A stretch of 64,000 nt of DNA from an uncultured Lentibacter sp. (GTDB lineage: Bacteria > Pseudomonadota > Alphaproteobacteria > Rhodobacterales > Rhodobacteraceae). Below are positions 36,777 through 46,816 of this stretch, in pieces; position 1 is the first letter of the stretch, and every line of letters begins with the position of its first letter. The notes beneath the pieces were generated by a model, which was not told the origin of the DNA, made no database searches, and saw only the letters and a program-made list of their open reading frames with translations. The translations under genes were made by a program, and so were the position numbers. The stretch lies in assembly GCA_947497495.1 (NCBI GenBank), contig CANMGT010000010.1, forward strand, positions 9,689-73,688. Reading direction: 5' to 3'.

Positions 36777-38192
36777 ATGTCACTGACTCCTGCAAACGAA
36801 GCCTTCATCGCTACACTCAAGGCGCACTTGCCTGACAAGGCTGTGCGCCCTGTTGCCGAGCGCTATCTCGAAGAGCCGCGCGGCAAGTGGCACGGCCAGG
36901 CTGGCGTGCTTGTTGCGCCTGACACGGTTGAGGGCGTTGCCGCGGCCGTCCGCTGCGCCGCCGAGGCGCGCGTGGCCGTTGTGCCTTATGGAGGCGGCAC
37001 GGGGCTTGTCGGCGCGCAAGTGATGTCTAACGGCCCGCTGCCAATGCTGTTGTCGCTTGAGCGCCTGAACAGCATTCGCGCCGTCTACCCCGAAGAAAAT
37101 GTTATCGTCGCGGAGGCCGGCGCCACGCTACAGACTGTGCAGGATGCCGCCCTCGCCGCTGACAGGCTGTTCGCTCTGTCTATTGCCTCAAAAGGCACCG
37201 CACAGATTGGCGGGAACCTCGCAACAAACGCAGGTGGCCTCAACGTGCTGCGCTATGGCAATGCGCGCGATCTGTGCTTGGGCCTTGAGGCCGTGCTGCC
37301 AAATGGCAACATCTGGCATGGGCTCACGCGCCTGCGCAAAGACAACACGGGTTACGACTTGCGCAATCTGCTTGTCGGCTCGGAAGGCACCCTCGGGGTG
37401 ATCACCGCCGCTGCGCTCAAGCTCTCCCCAAGGCCCGCGCGCTCGGGCACCGCCGTGTTCGTGGTGCCTGATCCTGCTGCGGCTTTGTCGCTGCTGTCGA
37501 TGCTGCGCGCGCAGGTCGGCGAATCTGTCAGCGCGTTCGAGTTGGTCCACCGTCAAGGACTGGAGTTTCTAACAGAAAAGCTCCCGCATGTGCGGCAGAT
37601 GTTTGACACCCCGCCTGAGTGGATGGTGCTAATAGAGCTTGGCCTGCCCCGCGGTCTTGACCCGCAGGCCGAGTTTGAAAGCCTGTTCGCAGAGGCCGCC
37701 GAGGCCGGCCTCGTCACCGACGGGCTGATCGCGCAGAACGAGGCTCAGGCTGCGGCCTTCTGGGAGGTGCGCGAGACGATCCCTGAGGCAAACCGCCTTG
37801 TTGGCGGCCTCTCGAGCCACGACATCTCTCTGCCGCTGAGCGTGTTGGCCGAGTTCATCGAAACAGCAGGCAAAGCCCTTGCGAAACACGGTGAATACCG
37901 CGTGAACTGCTTTGGCCATCTGGGCGACGGGAACCTGCACTACAACGTCTATCCGGCGTTTGGGAAAACCCGCGCTGACTATGGCTCAGAGGCGCTTGAA
38001 GTGGCCGATCTGGTGCATGATCTGGCCGTGAAACTAGGCGGCTCGTTCAGTGCGGAACATGGCGTCGGGCGGCTCAAAGCTCATGAGCTTGAGCGCTACG
38101 CAGACCCGACACGCCTTGCTGCCCTCCGCGCGATCAAATCCGCGCTTGACCCTCTGGGGATCATGAACCCCGGTGCCGTTCTACCTCTTTAA
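36777..38192 (+). CDS. FAD-binding oxidoreductase (D-2-hydroxyacid dehydrogenase family)
   Basis: GGGTGLVG, IGGNLATNAGG, LRKDNTGYD, HLGDGNLH, SAEHGVG. Confidence 0.88.
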   Translation: MSLTPANEAFIATLKAHLPDKAVRPVAERYLEEPRGKWHGQAGVLVAPDTVEGVAAAVRCAAEARVAVVPYGGGTGLVGAQVMSNGPLPMLLSLERLNSIRAVYPEENVIVAEAGATLQTVQDAALAADRLFALSIASKGTAQIGGNLATNAGGLNVLRYGNARDLCLGLEAVLPNGNIWHGLTRLRKDNTGYDLRNLLVGSEGTLGVITAAALKLSPRPARSGTAVFVVPDPAAALSLLSMLRAQVGESVSAFELVHRQGLEFLTEKLPHVRQMFDTPPEWMVLIELGLPRGLDPQAEFESLFAEAAEAGLVTDGLIAQNEAQAAAFWEVRETIPEANRLVGGLSSHDISLPLSVLAEFIETAGKALAKHGEYRVNCFGHLGDGNLHYNVYPAFGKTRADYGSEALEVADLVHDLAVKLGGSFSAEHGVGRLKAHELERYADPTRLAALRAIKSALDPLGIMNPGAVLPL

Positions 38193-38212
38193 GAGCAGAA
38201 ACTCCTTTATGG

Positions 38213-38229
38213 TTTACGGCCTGTTAACC
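38213..38229 (+). promoter_or_regulatory. Near-consensus CtrA box upstream of dprA
   Basis: TTTA-N7-TTAACC, one mismatch to TTAA-N7-TTAAC. Confidence 0.55.
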
Positions 38230-38267
38230 AACAGGGCGTAGACATGATTCTGCAAGCTGACGGAGCC

Positions 38268-39479
38268 ATGATGCCAGAAGGTCCACATCCTTCCACTCAC
38301 CCCCCACTCCCACCCACCACGGAAGATGACCGTGTGTTGTGGCTCCGTCTTTTGCGCTCCCGCCGGGTTGGTATCGCCACGTTTTTCCGCCTAATGTCCG
38401 AACATGGCAGCGCCGCCGCCGCACTTGAAGCGCTTCCACGCGTTGCCCAAGCCGCCAGCGTCGCCTCCTATCAGGTTTTCCCCGAGCAGGCCGCACTTGA
38501 AGAAATGAAAGCAGGAGCGCACGCGCGCGCCACAATGGTCTGCATTGGCGAGGCGCACTACCCAAAAGCCCTGCTTGATCTCGCAGATCCACCGCCACTC
38601 CTCTGGGTGCGCGGCAACCTGCTTGCGCTCAACCGCCCCGCCATCGGCATGGTTGGCGCACGCAACGCCTCTTCTCTAGGGGGGCGCACCGCGCGTGCCC
38701 TCGCAAGTGAGCTCTCCGAGCAGGGCAAAGTCATCGTTTCGGGCCTTGCGCGCGGCATCGACACATACGCGCACAAAGCCAGCCTCGCGAGGGGCACCAT
38801 TGGTGTGCTCGCGGGTGGTGTTGACGTGATTTACCCTGCAGAGAACGTTCACCTTGCCCATGACATTCTCGAAAACGGTGCGCTCATTTCCGAGCAGCCC
38901 ATGGGCCTGCGCCCGCAAGCGCGGCACTTCCCGCGCCGCAACCGCCTGATCTCGGGGCTGAGCGAAGGCCTTGTCGTGATCGAGGCCGCCTCAAAGTCCG
39001 GCAGCCTGATCACTGCGCGCAATGCCCTTGATCAGGGCCGCGAAGTGCTCGCGGTGCCGGGCCATCCGTTTGATGCCCGCGCCTCAGGCTGCAACATGCT
39101 CATTCGCGACGGTGCAACACTGGTGCGGTCCGGCTCTGACGTGCTGGAAGCGCTGGCCCCCCTCTCGCCTTTGGCCGAGGAGCCGCGCGAGCCTGAACTC
39201 AGATTTTCCGAGCCACAGGCTGAGCAACAGGCAGCGCAACCGATCCAGCCGCCAGCCCCACCACCCGAACGCCGTACATTGCGGGAAACCGCAGGGCTGC
39301 ACCAACAGATCCTTGATCGTCTCGGACCGTCACCCCTTCCCGAAGACCAGCTCATTCGTGATCTGGCCCGCCCCGCACAGGCCGTGGCGCCCGCCCTTGT
39401 CGAGCTGGAGCTTGATGGAAAAATCATTCGCGCTCCGGGCGGGATGTTGTCGCGCGACGTCGACACGCTGGTAAGCTAA
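38268..39479 (+). CDS. dprA: DNA-processing protein DprA
   Basis: VGARNAS, VSGLARGID, FPRRNRLISG, SGSLITAR..LDQGREV.AVPG; C-terminal wHTH. Confidence 0.95.
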   Translation: MMPEGPHPSTHPPLPPTTEDDRVLWLRLLRSRRVGIATFFRLMSEHGSAAAALEALPRVAQAASVASYQVFPEQAALEEMKAGAHARATMVCIGEAHYPKALLDLADPPPLLWVRGNLLALNRPAIGMVGARNASSLGGRTARALASELSEQGKVIVSGLARGIDTYAHKASLARGTIGVLAGGVDVIYPAENVHLAHDILENGALISEQPMGLRPQARHFPRRNRLISGLSEGLVVIEAASKSGSLITARNALDQGREVLAVPGHPFDARASGCNMLIRDGATLVRSGSDVLEALAPLSPLAEEPREPELRFSEPQAEQQAAQPIQPPAPPPERRTLRETAGLHQQILDRLGPSPLPEDQLIRDLARPAQAVAPALVELELDGKIIRAPGGMLSRDVDTLVS

Positions 39480-39631
39480 CGCACGTAGCCCCGCTCTCTC
39501 AGGGTTTTTCGCCGCTGTTCAGGGCTTAATCAGGGCTAAAATTCACCCCGTTGCATAAGCCGCATTGACATTCCCCCCCTCCCCGCCACATTTTGCGCGG
39601 CCATTAGCCTTTGCAATTTGAGAGGAAATTC

Positions 39632-42238
39632 ATGCCCGTCGTTGTTGTCGAATCCCCTGCCAAGGCCAAAACTATTGAAAAATATCTGGGTAAGGGCTTC
39701 ACAGTGCTGGCCTCATACGGCCACGTACGTGACCTGCCGCCAAAGGATGGGTCTGTCGACACCGAGCACGACTTCGAGATGAAATGGGAGATCGGCTATG
39801 ACAGCCGTAAGCATGTCAAAGCCATCGCCGATGCGCTAAAAGACGACCCGAGCCTCATTCTCGCGACCGACCCTGACCGCGAAGGTGAGGCCATTTCCTG
39901 GCACCTCGAGGAAGCTCTGCGCAAACGCAAGGCTATCAAGAAAGACACACCCGTCAGCCGCGTTGTCTTCAACGCGATTACCAAAGCCGCCGTCACCGAG
40001 GCCATGCAAAACCCCCGCGAGATCGACTCGCCGCTGGTTGAGGCCTATCTCGCCCGCCGCGCACTTGACTATCTGGTTGGCTTCAACCTTTCGCCCGTGC
40101 TCTGGCGCAAGCTACCCGGCGCGCGAAGTGCGGGCCGCGTGCAGTCAGTCTGTCTGCGCCTCATCGTTGAGCGCGAGATGGAAATTGAAGCTTTCAACCC
40201 GCAAGAATACTGGACAGTGAAAGCCATGCTCGGCACGCCGCGCGGGCAGGAATACGAAGCGCGTCTGACGGTTCTGGCTAGCAAGAAGCTCGAAAAATTT
40301 GACATCGCCAACGAAACGCAGGCCGAACTGGCCGTGCAGGCTGTCACGTCGCGCGACCTCACAGTCACTTCCGTTGAGGCCAAGCCTGCCGCGCGCAACC
40401 CCTCTGCGCCGTTTATGACATCAACGCTGCAGCAAGAAGCCAGCCGCAAGTTCGGCATGGGCGCGCGCGTCTGCATGAGCACCGCACAGCGCCTCTATGA
40501 GGCGGGCCACATTACATATATGCGGACAGACGGCATCGATATGGCGCCCGAAGCCGTGACCGAAGCGCGCGCCACAATCGGCAGCCGCTATGGGGCCGAA
40601 TATGTGCCCGCGAGCCCGCGCATTTATAAGAACAAAGCCAAAAACGCCCAAGAGGCGCACGAGTGTATCCGCCCAACAAATATGGAAGCTGACGCCGCAG
40701 CCCTCAAGCTGCGCGACGCCGACCAAGCCAAGCTTTATGATCTGATCTGGAAGCGCACCCTCGCCTGCCAGATGGAAAGCGCCAGGATGGAACGCACGAC
40801 TGTCGACATCGGCTCTGCTGACGGGCAGGTTGGCCTGCGCGCCACGGGGCAGGTTGTGCTGTTTGACGGCTTCATGCGCGTCTACGAAGAAGGCCGGGAC
40901 GATCAGGTTGTTGATGACGACGACAAGCGCCTGCCGCAGATCAGCCAAGGCGACGCCGCCACCAAGAAAAGCGTCAACCCAGAACAGCACCACACCCAGC
41001 CGCCGCCCCGCTACACCGAGGCGACACTGGTGAAGCGCATGGAAGAGTTGGGCATTGGCCGCCCGTCGACTTACGCATCAGTGATCACCACGATCCAAGA
41101 CCGCGAATATGTGCGCAAAGACAAAAACCGCCTCTTCCCCGAAGACAAGGGCCGGATTGTTACGATCTTTTTGCTGAACTTCTTCCGCAACTACGTGGGT
41201 TACGAGTTTACCGCCAACCTCGAAGACGAGCTTGACGATGTGTCAGCCGGCAACCGCGACTATAAGACTGTTCTGCAACGCTTCTGGAAAGACTTTTCCG
41301 CAGCCATCGCCGAAACCAGCGAGCTGCGCATCTCCGAAGTGCTCGACGTGCTCGACGATGCGCTCGCGCCGCAGCTCTATCCGCCGAAAGAAGACGGATC
41401 AGACCCGCGCGCATGCCCTAAGTGCGGCAACGGCCAGCTACACCTCAAGTCATCGCGCACCGGCGGCTTTGTCGGCTGTGGCAACTACCCGGAGTGCACC
41501 TACACCCGTCCGATCGCGGGCGAAGGTGCTGACGGTGACGAACGCGTGCTCGGCGAAGATGCAGGCGACGAGATCTGGCTTAAGTCGGGCCGCTTTGGCC
41601 CCTACGTGCAACGCGGCGAGCCGACGCCGGAGAACAAGAAGCCGCCGCGCGCAAGCCTTCCCAAGGGCTGGCAGAAGGAAGATATGGACTTGCCCAAGGC
41701 CCTCACGCTTCTGTCTTTGCCCCGCGAGATCGGCGAGCACCCGGAAGGCGGCATGATCAGCTCGAATTTTGGCCGCTTCGGGCCATATGTCATGCACAAG
41801 CTGCCTGACGCCGAAAAGCCGACCTACGCCAACCTCAAAGATCCGAATGATGTGTTCGAGCTAGGCATGAACCGCGCGGTTGAGCTGCTCGCTGAAAAGC
41901 GCGCCAACCCGGGCCGTGGGCGCTCGGCGGCGGCGAAGCCGCTGAAGGAGCTGGGCGAACACCCTGACAGTGGCGGGCCAGTCAATGTCATGGACGGGCG
42001 TTATGGCCCCTACGTGAAATGGGAAAAGGTCAACGCGACGATCCCCAAAGATGTGGAAGCCGCCGACGTGACCATGGAACAAGCTGTTGAATGGATCGCC
42101 GAGAAGGCAGCCAAGGGCGGCAAGAAAAAAGCCGCGCCCAAGAAGAAGGCAGCCGCGAAAAAGCCCGCGGCAAAGAAACCTGCCGCGAAGAAAAAGGCGC
42201 CCGCCAAGAAGAAGCCTGCGGCAAAGAAAGACGACTAA
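39632..42238 (+). CDS. topA: DNA topoisomerase I (type IA) with Lys/Ala-rich tail
   Basis: VVVESPAKAKTI, ATDPDREGEAI, SAGRVQS, ITYMRTD, GIGRPSTY. Confidence 0.97.
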   Translation: MPVVVVESPAKAKTIEKYLGKGFTVLASYGHVRDLPPKDGSVDTEHDFEMKWEIGYDSRKHVKAIADALKDDPSLILATDPDREGEAISWHLEEALRKRKAIKKDTPVSRVVFNAITKAAVTEAMQNPREIDSPLVEAYLARRALDYLVGFNLSPVLWRKLPGARSAGRVQSVCLRLIVEREMEIEAFNPQEYWTVKAMLGTPRGQEYEARLTVLASKKLEKFDIANETQAELAVQAVTSRDLTVTSVEAKPAARNPSAPFMTSTLQQEASRKFGMGARVCMSTAQRLYEAGHITYMRTDGIDMAPEAVTEARATIGSRYGAEYVPASPRIYKNKAKNAQEAHECIRPTNMEADAAALKLRDADQAKLYDLIWKRTLACQMESARMERTTVDIGSADGQVGLRATGQVVLFDGFMRVYEEGRDDQVVDDDDKRLPQISQGDAATKKSVNPEQHHTQPPPRYTEATLVKRMEELGIGRPSTYASVITTIQDREYVRKDKNRLFPEDKGRIVTIFLLNFFRNYVGYEFTANLEDELDDVSAGNRDYKTVLQRFWKDFSAAIAETSELRISEVLDVLDDALAPQLYPPKEDGSDPRACPKCGNGQLHLKSSRTGGFVGCGNYPECTYTRPIAGEGADGDERVLGEDAGDEIWLKSGRFGPYVQRGEPTPENKKPPRASLPKGWQKEDMDLPKALTLLSLPREIGEHPEGGMISSNFGRFGPYVMHKLPDAEKPTYANLKDPNDVFELGMNRAVELLAEKRANPGRGRSAAAKPLKELGEHPDSGGPVNVMDGRYGPYVKWEKVNATIPKDVEAADVTMEQAVEWIAEKAAKGGKKKAAPKKKAAAKKPAAKKPAAKKKAPAKKKPAAKKDD

Positions 42239-42324
42239 GTAGAAACCCCTAGGAAGCTTGCCTGCATTGACTCTGCGCTAACGCGGCGTCAATACAGGCG
42301 CATACCTCACCTAGGGAGTTTTCC

Positions 42325-43020
42325 ATGAAAAAAGTCTACGGTTCAGCCGCTGAAGCGCTTGACGGGCTGCTGCATGACGGCATGTTCATCGCCTCTGGCG
42401 GGTTCGGCCTTTGCGGCATTCCGGAATTGCTGCTGCAAGCCATCAAGGAAGCCGGCACGAAAGATCTCACCTTCGCGTCAAACAATGCGGGTGTTGATGA
42501 CTTCGGCATCGGCATTTTGCTGCAAACCAAGCAGGTCAAGAAAATGATCAGCTCATATGTCGGCGAGAACGCCGAATTTATGCGACAGTATCTTTCAGGC
42601 GAGCTTGAGCTTGAGTTCAACCCGCAGGGCACGCTCGCCGAGCGTCTGCGCGCAGGCGGCTGCGGCATCCCCGGGTTTTATACCAAAACAGGTGTTGGCA
42701 CGGTGATCGCCGAGGGCAAAGAGCATAAAGACTTCAATGGTGAGACTTACATCATGGAAGAAGGCATTTTTGCTGACCTTGCCATCGTCAAAGCCTGGAA
42801 GGCCGACGCGACAGGCAACCTTGTGTTCCGCAAAACCGCGCGCAACTTCAACCCGCCCGCCGCCATGGCTGGCAAGGTTTGCGTTGTCGAAGTCGAAGAG
42901 ATCGTGCCGACAGGCTCGCTTGACCCTGACAATATCCACCTGCCCGGTATCTACGTGCACCGCATTATCCAAGGCGATCACGAGAAGCGCATCGAGCAAC
43001 GCACAGTGAGGAGCGCATAA
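42325..43020 (+). CDS. scoA: 3-oxoacid CoA-transferase subunit A
   Basis: [26 protein letters not shown]. Confidence 0.9.
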   Translation: MKKVYGSAAEALDGLLHDGMFIASGGFGLCGIPELLLQAIKEAGTKDLTFASNNAGVDDFGIGILLQTKQVKKMISSYVGENAEFMRQYLSGELELEFNPQGTLAERLRAGGCGIPGFYTKTGVGTVIAEGKEHKDFNGETYIMEEGIFADLAIVKAWKADATGNLVFRKTARNFNPPAAMAGKVCVVEVEEIVPTGSLDPDNIHLPGIYVHRIIQGDHEKRIEQRTVRSA

Positions 43021-43021
43021 C

Positions 43022-43645
43022 ATGTGGGATCGTAACCAAATGGCGGCACGCGCCGCACTCGAGCTGCAAGACGGCTGGTATGTGAACCTCGGCATCGGCA
43101 TTCCGACGCTGGTGTCAAACTACATCCCTGAAGGTGTTGAAGTGACGCTGCAATCAGAGAATGGCATGCTTGGCATGGGGCCTTTCCCTATCGAGGGCGA
43201 GGAAGACGCAGACCTGATCAACGCGGGCAAGCAGACGATCACCGAGCTGCCGCAGACTGCCTATTTTGACAGCGCGCAATCCTTCGGGATGATCCGCGGC
43301 GGCAAGATCGCTATGGCTATTCTGGGCGCGATGGAAGTTGCCGAGAACGGCGACCTCGCGAACTGGATGATTCCCGGCAAGCTTGTCAAAGGCATGGGCG
43401 GCGCGATGGATCTTGTCGCAGGCGTTGGCCGCGTTGTTGTTGTCATGGATCACACCAACAAGCACGGCGTCAGCAAGGTGCTCAAGGAATGCACCCTGCC
43501 GCTGACAGGCCAGAAGGTTGTTGACCGTATCATCACCAACCTCGGCGTGTTGGATGTTGTCGAAGGCGGCCTCAAGATCGTTGAGCTGGCTGACGGCGTG
43601 ACTGAAGAAGAAATGCGCGCCAGCACCGAAGCAACGCTGGTTTAG
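43022..43645 (+). CDS. scoB: 3-oxoacid CoA-transferase subunit B
   Basis: [14 protein letters not shown] (catalytic Glu), GMGGAMDLV. Confidence 0.9.
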   Translation: MWDRNQMAARAALELQDGWYVNLGIGIPTLVSNYIPEGVEVTLQSENGMLGMGPFPIEGEEDADLINAGKQTITELPQTAYFDSAQSFGMIRGGKIAMAILGAMEVAENGDLANWMIPGKLVKGMGGAMDLVAGVGRVVVVMDHTNKHGVSKVLKECTLPLTGQKVVDRIITNLGVLDVVEGGLKIVELADGVTEEEMRASTEATLV

Positions 43646-43677
43646 GCCGCAAGCTTCTGGCACCTCACAAGCTTATG

Positions 43678-43709
43678 AACGGGCTGCCTCGCGCGGCCCG
43701 TTTTATTTT
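43678..43709 (+). terminator. Rho-independent terminator after scoB
   Basis: AACGGGC...GCCCGTT hairpin followed by TTATTTT. Confidence 0.7.
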
Positions 43710-43769
43710 GTTTCGCATATCGCAACAAATTCATAAAATTGCCCGAATTGATCCGTAGATCAGCGAGCA

Positions 43770-44771
43770 ATGACGATGAGCAGTGAAATACCCGTAAGCG
43801 CCCCCGTTAAGGCCAGCACCCGCACCCGCGACTTTCTGTTGCTTGGCGGGCTGTTTGCGCTTGTGCTTATCGGCCTCGGCTCTCTCGCCGCTGCGACGGG
43901 CTGGGAAGAAACAATGGCGCAGCTCTCAAAGCTCGGCTTTGTGCAGGTTCTCATCCTGCTTGCGTTGAGCCTCGTAAACTACCTGTTTCGCGGCTTCCGT
44001 TGGCATTATTTCACCACGCGCTTGGGCCTAGGCACGCATCTATCGCAAAACATCCGCCACTTTCTTGGTGGCTTCGCCATGTCGGCCACACCGGGCCGCG
44101 TGGGCGAGCTGATCCGCATGCGCTGGCTCAAACGCGAGACAGGCTGGAGCTTTGAGCGCACCGCCCCCCTCGTATTGGTTGACCGCGCCTCCGACTTGGC
44201 GGCCATGGCGCTGATCCTTGGTGTCTCGCTGCTGTTCTCCGGCGCGATGATCCGCTTTGCCGTTCCCGTGACACTTCTCGCCATGGCCGGTGCGATCCTT
44301 GTGACACGGCCTAGCTTGCTCTCGTTCACAGCCAAGAATTTCTACAAATCCACAGGCCTGTTTCCCCGCCTGATGGCCCGCATTCGGCGCGCCGCGCGCT
44401 CGCTGAAAAGCTTTTCAGGCGCCAGCACGCTGACAGTCGCCACGCTTCTCGGCCTCATCGGCTGGGTTGCCGAGGGCTACGCCTTTTGGCTCCTTCTCGT
44501 GTGGATGCAGGCCGACATCGGCTTTGCCATGGCTGTGCTCATTTTCGTGTTTTCCACCCTCGCAGGTGGCCTCACGGGCGCACCCGGCGGCATCGGCGGC
44601 GCTGAGGCGGCGATGGTTGCCTTGCTCGTTCTGGAAGGCGTGCCGCTTGAAGTGGCCTTGCCCGCAACGGCTGTCATTCGCGTCACTACCCTGTGGTTCG
44701 CTATTCTCATCGGCCTTGCGGTGTTCCCTTACGCCGAGGCGCAATCTAAAAGAAGCAAAGGAGCGCACTGA
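43770..44771 (+). CDS. Flippase-like membrane protein (LPG-synthase TM/UPF0104 family)
   Basis: FRGFRW, TPGRVGELIR, LVDRASDL, PGGIGGAEA, A..IRVTTLW motifs. Confidence 0.8.
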   Translation: MTMSSEIPVSAPVKASTRTRDFLLLGGLFALVLIGLGSLAAATGWEETMAQLSKLGFVQVLILLALSLVNYLFRGFRWHYFTTRLGLGTHLSQNIRHFLGGFAMSATPGRVGELIRMRWLKRETGWSFERTAPLVLVDRASDLAAMALILGVSLLFSGAMIRFAVPVTLLAMAGAILVTRPSLLSFTAKNFYKSTGLFPRLMARIRRAARSLKSFSGASTLTVATLLGLIGWVAEGYAFWLLLVWMQADIGFAMAVLIFVFSTLAGGLTGAPGGIGGAEAAMVALLVLEGVPLEVALPATAVIRVTTLWFAILIGLAVFPYAEAQSKRSKGAH

Positions 44772-46075
44772 TGCGCTGGAATGAAATGTGCTACTCAGGT
44801 TGGGGCAACGCCCTGACTGTCACAGGCGAAGTCGCCCGCCCCGAGCGGATGCAAGGCCTCGCCGCACAGGCCCCTGTCCCCGCGATCGGCAACCGGCGCT
44901 CTTATGGCGACGCCTGCACAAACGGAGGCGCCCGCGCCGTTGACATGTCACGGCTTGATCGGGTGCTCTCGTTTGACGCCGAGACAGGCCTTGTTGAGGC
45001 CGAAGCCGGCATGCCTATTGGCGAGCTGGCCCGCTTGTTCGCGCCGCTTGGCTGGATGCCCACTGTCATGCCCGGCACAGGCTTTGCCACTCTTGGTGGC
45101 TGTATCGCGATGGACGTTCACGGCAAGAACCACCACATTGACGGCAGCTTTGGCGCGCATGTCACCGCGATCAAACTGGTTGTCGCGGGCAAAGTCAAAA
45201 CAGTCACACCCAAAACCAAAACGCTTTTTGCGGCCACGGTTGGCGGCCTTGGCCAGACAGGGATGATCCTGTCAGCGACCCTTCAGATGAAGCGCTGCGA
45301 AGGCACGGGCATGGAAGTGACAGAGCAGCGCGCCGAGAACTGGGAAGAGCATATCGCGCTTCTGGCCTCATCGACGGCGCCCTACACTGTCGGCTGGCTT
45401 GACGCGACGGCCTCTGGCAGCAAGCTGGGCCGCGGTATCGTTGAGGAAGCCGTCAGCACGGCGGTTGAGCCGCAAAGCGCGCCCAAAGGTGCGAGCAAGT
45501 CGGTTCCGTTCAACTTCCCCCGCTTCACGCTGTCCAAGGCGATCGTGCGGGGCTTTAACAAGGCCTATTACCTGCGCATTCGCGACGGGGGCCAGACCCG
45601 CATCAAACCGCTGGAAGAATTCTTCTTCCCGCTCGACAAGATCAACAACTGGAACCGCCTTTACGGCAAGCAGGGCTTTCACCAGTTTCAATGCGTGGTG
45701 CCTGATGCCTCGCTTGACGCGCTGAAAGCCATGGTCGAGAAGATCGCGAAGAGCGGGCTTGCCTCGCCCCTCGCGGTGCTCAAGCGCATGGGCCCTGACG
45801 CGGCTGGCATGATGTCTTTCCCGATGCAGGGCTACACGCTGGCCGTTGATTTTCGCGAAAGCCCGAAGGCGCGCAAACTGATTGCCGAGCTGAACGCCGA
45901 TACCTTGCAAGCTGGCGGGCGGATCTACTTTGCCAAAGACAGCCTCGCGACTGAAGCCGAAGCAAAAGCGATGTACCCTGACTGGGCTACATGGGCCGGA
46001 GAGGCCAACAAGGCCGATCCGGAACACGCACTCGAAACCGACATGACCCGCCGCCTCGGCCTAAGGAGCGTATGA
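44771..46075 (+). CDS. DprE1-like polyprenyl-phosphoryl-ribose 2'-oxidase (FAD)
   Basis: RSYGDA, PGTGFATLGGCIAMDVHGKNHH..GSFG, WNRLYG..GFHQFQ, LAVLK...SFPM.GYTLAVDF, GRIYFAKDS match DprE1 motifs. Confidence 0.85.
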   Translation: MRWNEMCYSGWGNALTVTGEVARPERMQGLAAQAPVPAIGNRRSYGDACTNGGARAVDMSRLDRVLSFDAETGLVEAEAGMPIGELARLFAPLGWMPTVMPGTGFATLGGCIAMDVHGKNHHIDGSFGAHVTAIKLVVAGKVKTVTPKTKTLFAATVGGLGQTGMILSATLQMKRCEGTGMEVTEQRAENWEEHIALLASSTAPYTVGWLDATASGSKLGRGIVEEAVSTAVEPQSAPKGASKSVPFNFPRFTLSKAIVRGFNKAYYLRIRDGGQTRIKPLEEFFFPLDKINNWNRLYGKQGFHQFQCVVPDASLDALKAMVEKIAKSGLASPLAVLKRMGPDAAGMMSFPMQGYTLAVDFRESPKARKLIAELNADTLQAGGRIYFAKDSLATEAEAKAMYPDWATWAGEANKADPEHALETDMTRRLGLRSV

Positions 46076-46076
46076 T

Positions 46077-46814
46077 ATGAGCGAAACATGGATCATTCTG
46101 GGCGCAAGCTCGTCAATGGCACGCGCCTTTGTGCGCAAACTCGCTGAAAGCGGCCACGGCCTTATCCTCACAGGGCGCGACAAAGACGACTTGGCCCGCC
46201 TCTCCGCTGACTGCCTCGCACGCGGCGCAGCATCTTGCGAGAGTCTGCCGGTTGATGCGCGCGACGCGTCAAGCTTCACGCCGATCCTTGCGAAAGCGGG
46301 CCTCACGGAAGGCACGCTTTCCTGTGCGGTGTTCATCGGCTCGATGCCTGACCAATCAGAAATCGACGCTGACCCGAGCCTGATTGACGGTGTCATTGCC
46401 GACAGTTTCACAGGCCCGGCGCGCTTTTTGCAACTGCTTGCACCGCTCATGGAAGAGCGCGGCAGCGGCACGGTTGTCGGCGTTGGCTCGGTCGCGGGCG
46501 ACAGGGGCCGCCTTGGGAACTACGTTTACGGCGCCGCCAAAGCGGGCTTTGCCACTTACCTGTCGGGCCTGCGCAACCGCATGGGCCGCGAGGGCGTGCA
46601 TGTGATGACCGTCAAGCCGGGGCCTGTTGACACCGCGATGACATGGGGACTCGGAAAGCAGCCGTTTATGACAACGCCGGACGGTGTTGCGAGTGACATC
46701 CTCAAAGGCCTGAGCAAGAAGCGCAATGTTGTCTATACGGCGGGCATCTGGCGGCTGGTGATGCTGGTTATTCGCAACATCCCCGAGCCTATATTCAAGA
46801 AAATGTCGATCTGA
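46077..46814 (+). CDS. DprE2-like SDR (polyprenyl-phosphoryl-2-keto-pentose reductase)
   Basis: GSVAGDRGR..NYVYGAAKAG, VKPGPVDTAMT; starts 1 nt after the dprE1-like stop. Confidence 0.82.
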   Translation: MSETWIILGASSSMARAFVRKLAESGHGLILTGRDKDDLARLSADCLARGAASCESLPVDARDASSFTPILAKAGLTEGTLSCAVFIGSMPDQSEIDADPSLIDGVIADSFTGPARFLQLLAPLMEERGSGTVVGVGSVAGDRGRLGNYVYGAAKAGFATYLSGLRNRMGREGVHVMTVKPGPVDTAMTWGLGKQPFMTTPDGVASDILKGLSKKRNVVYTAGIWRLVMLVIRNIPEPIFKKMSI

Positions 46815-46816
46815 GG

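Noticed and set aside
38268-42238. dprA-topA adjacency
   Set aside because: Widely conserved bacterial gene order.
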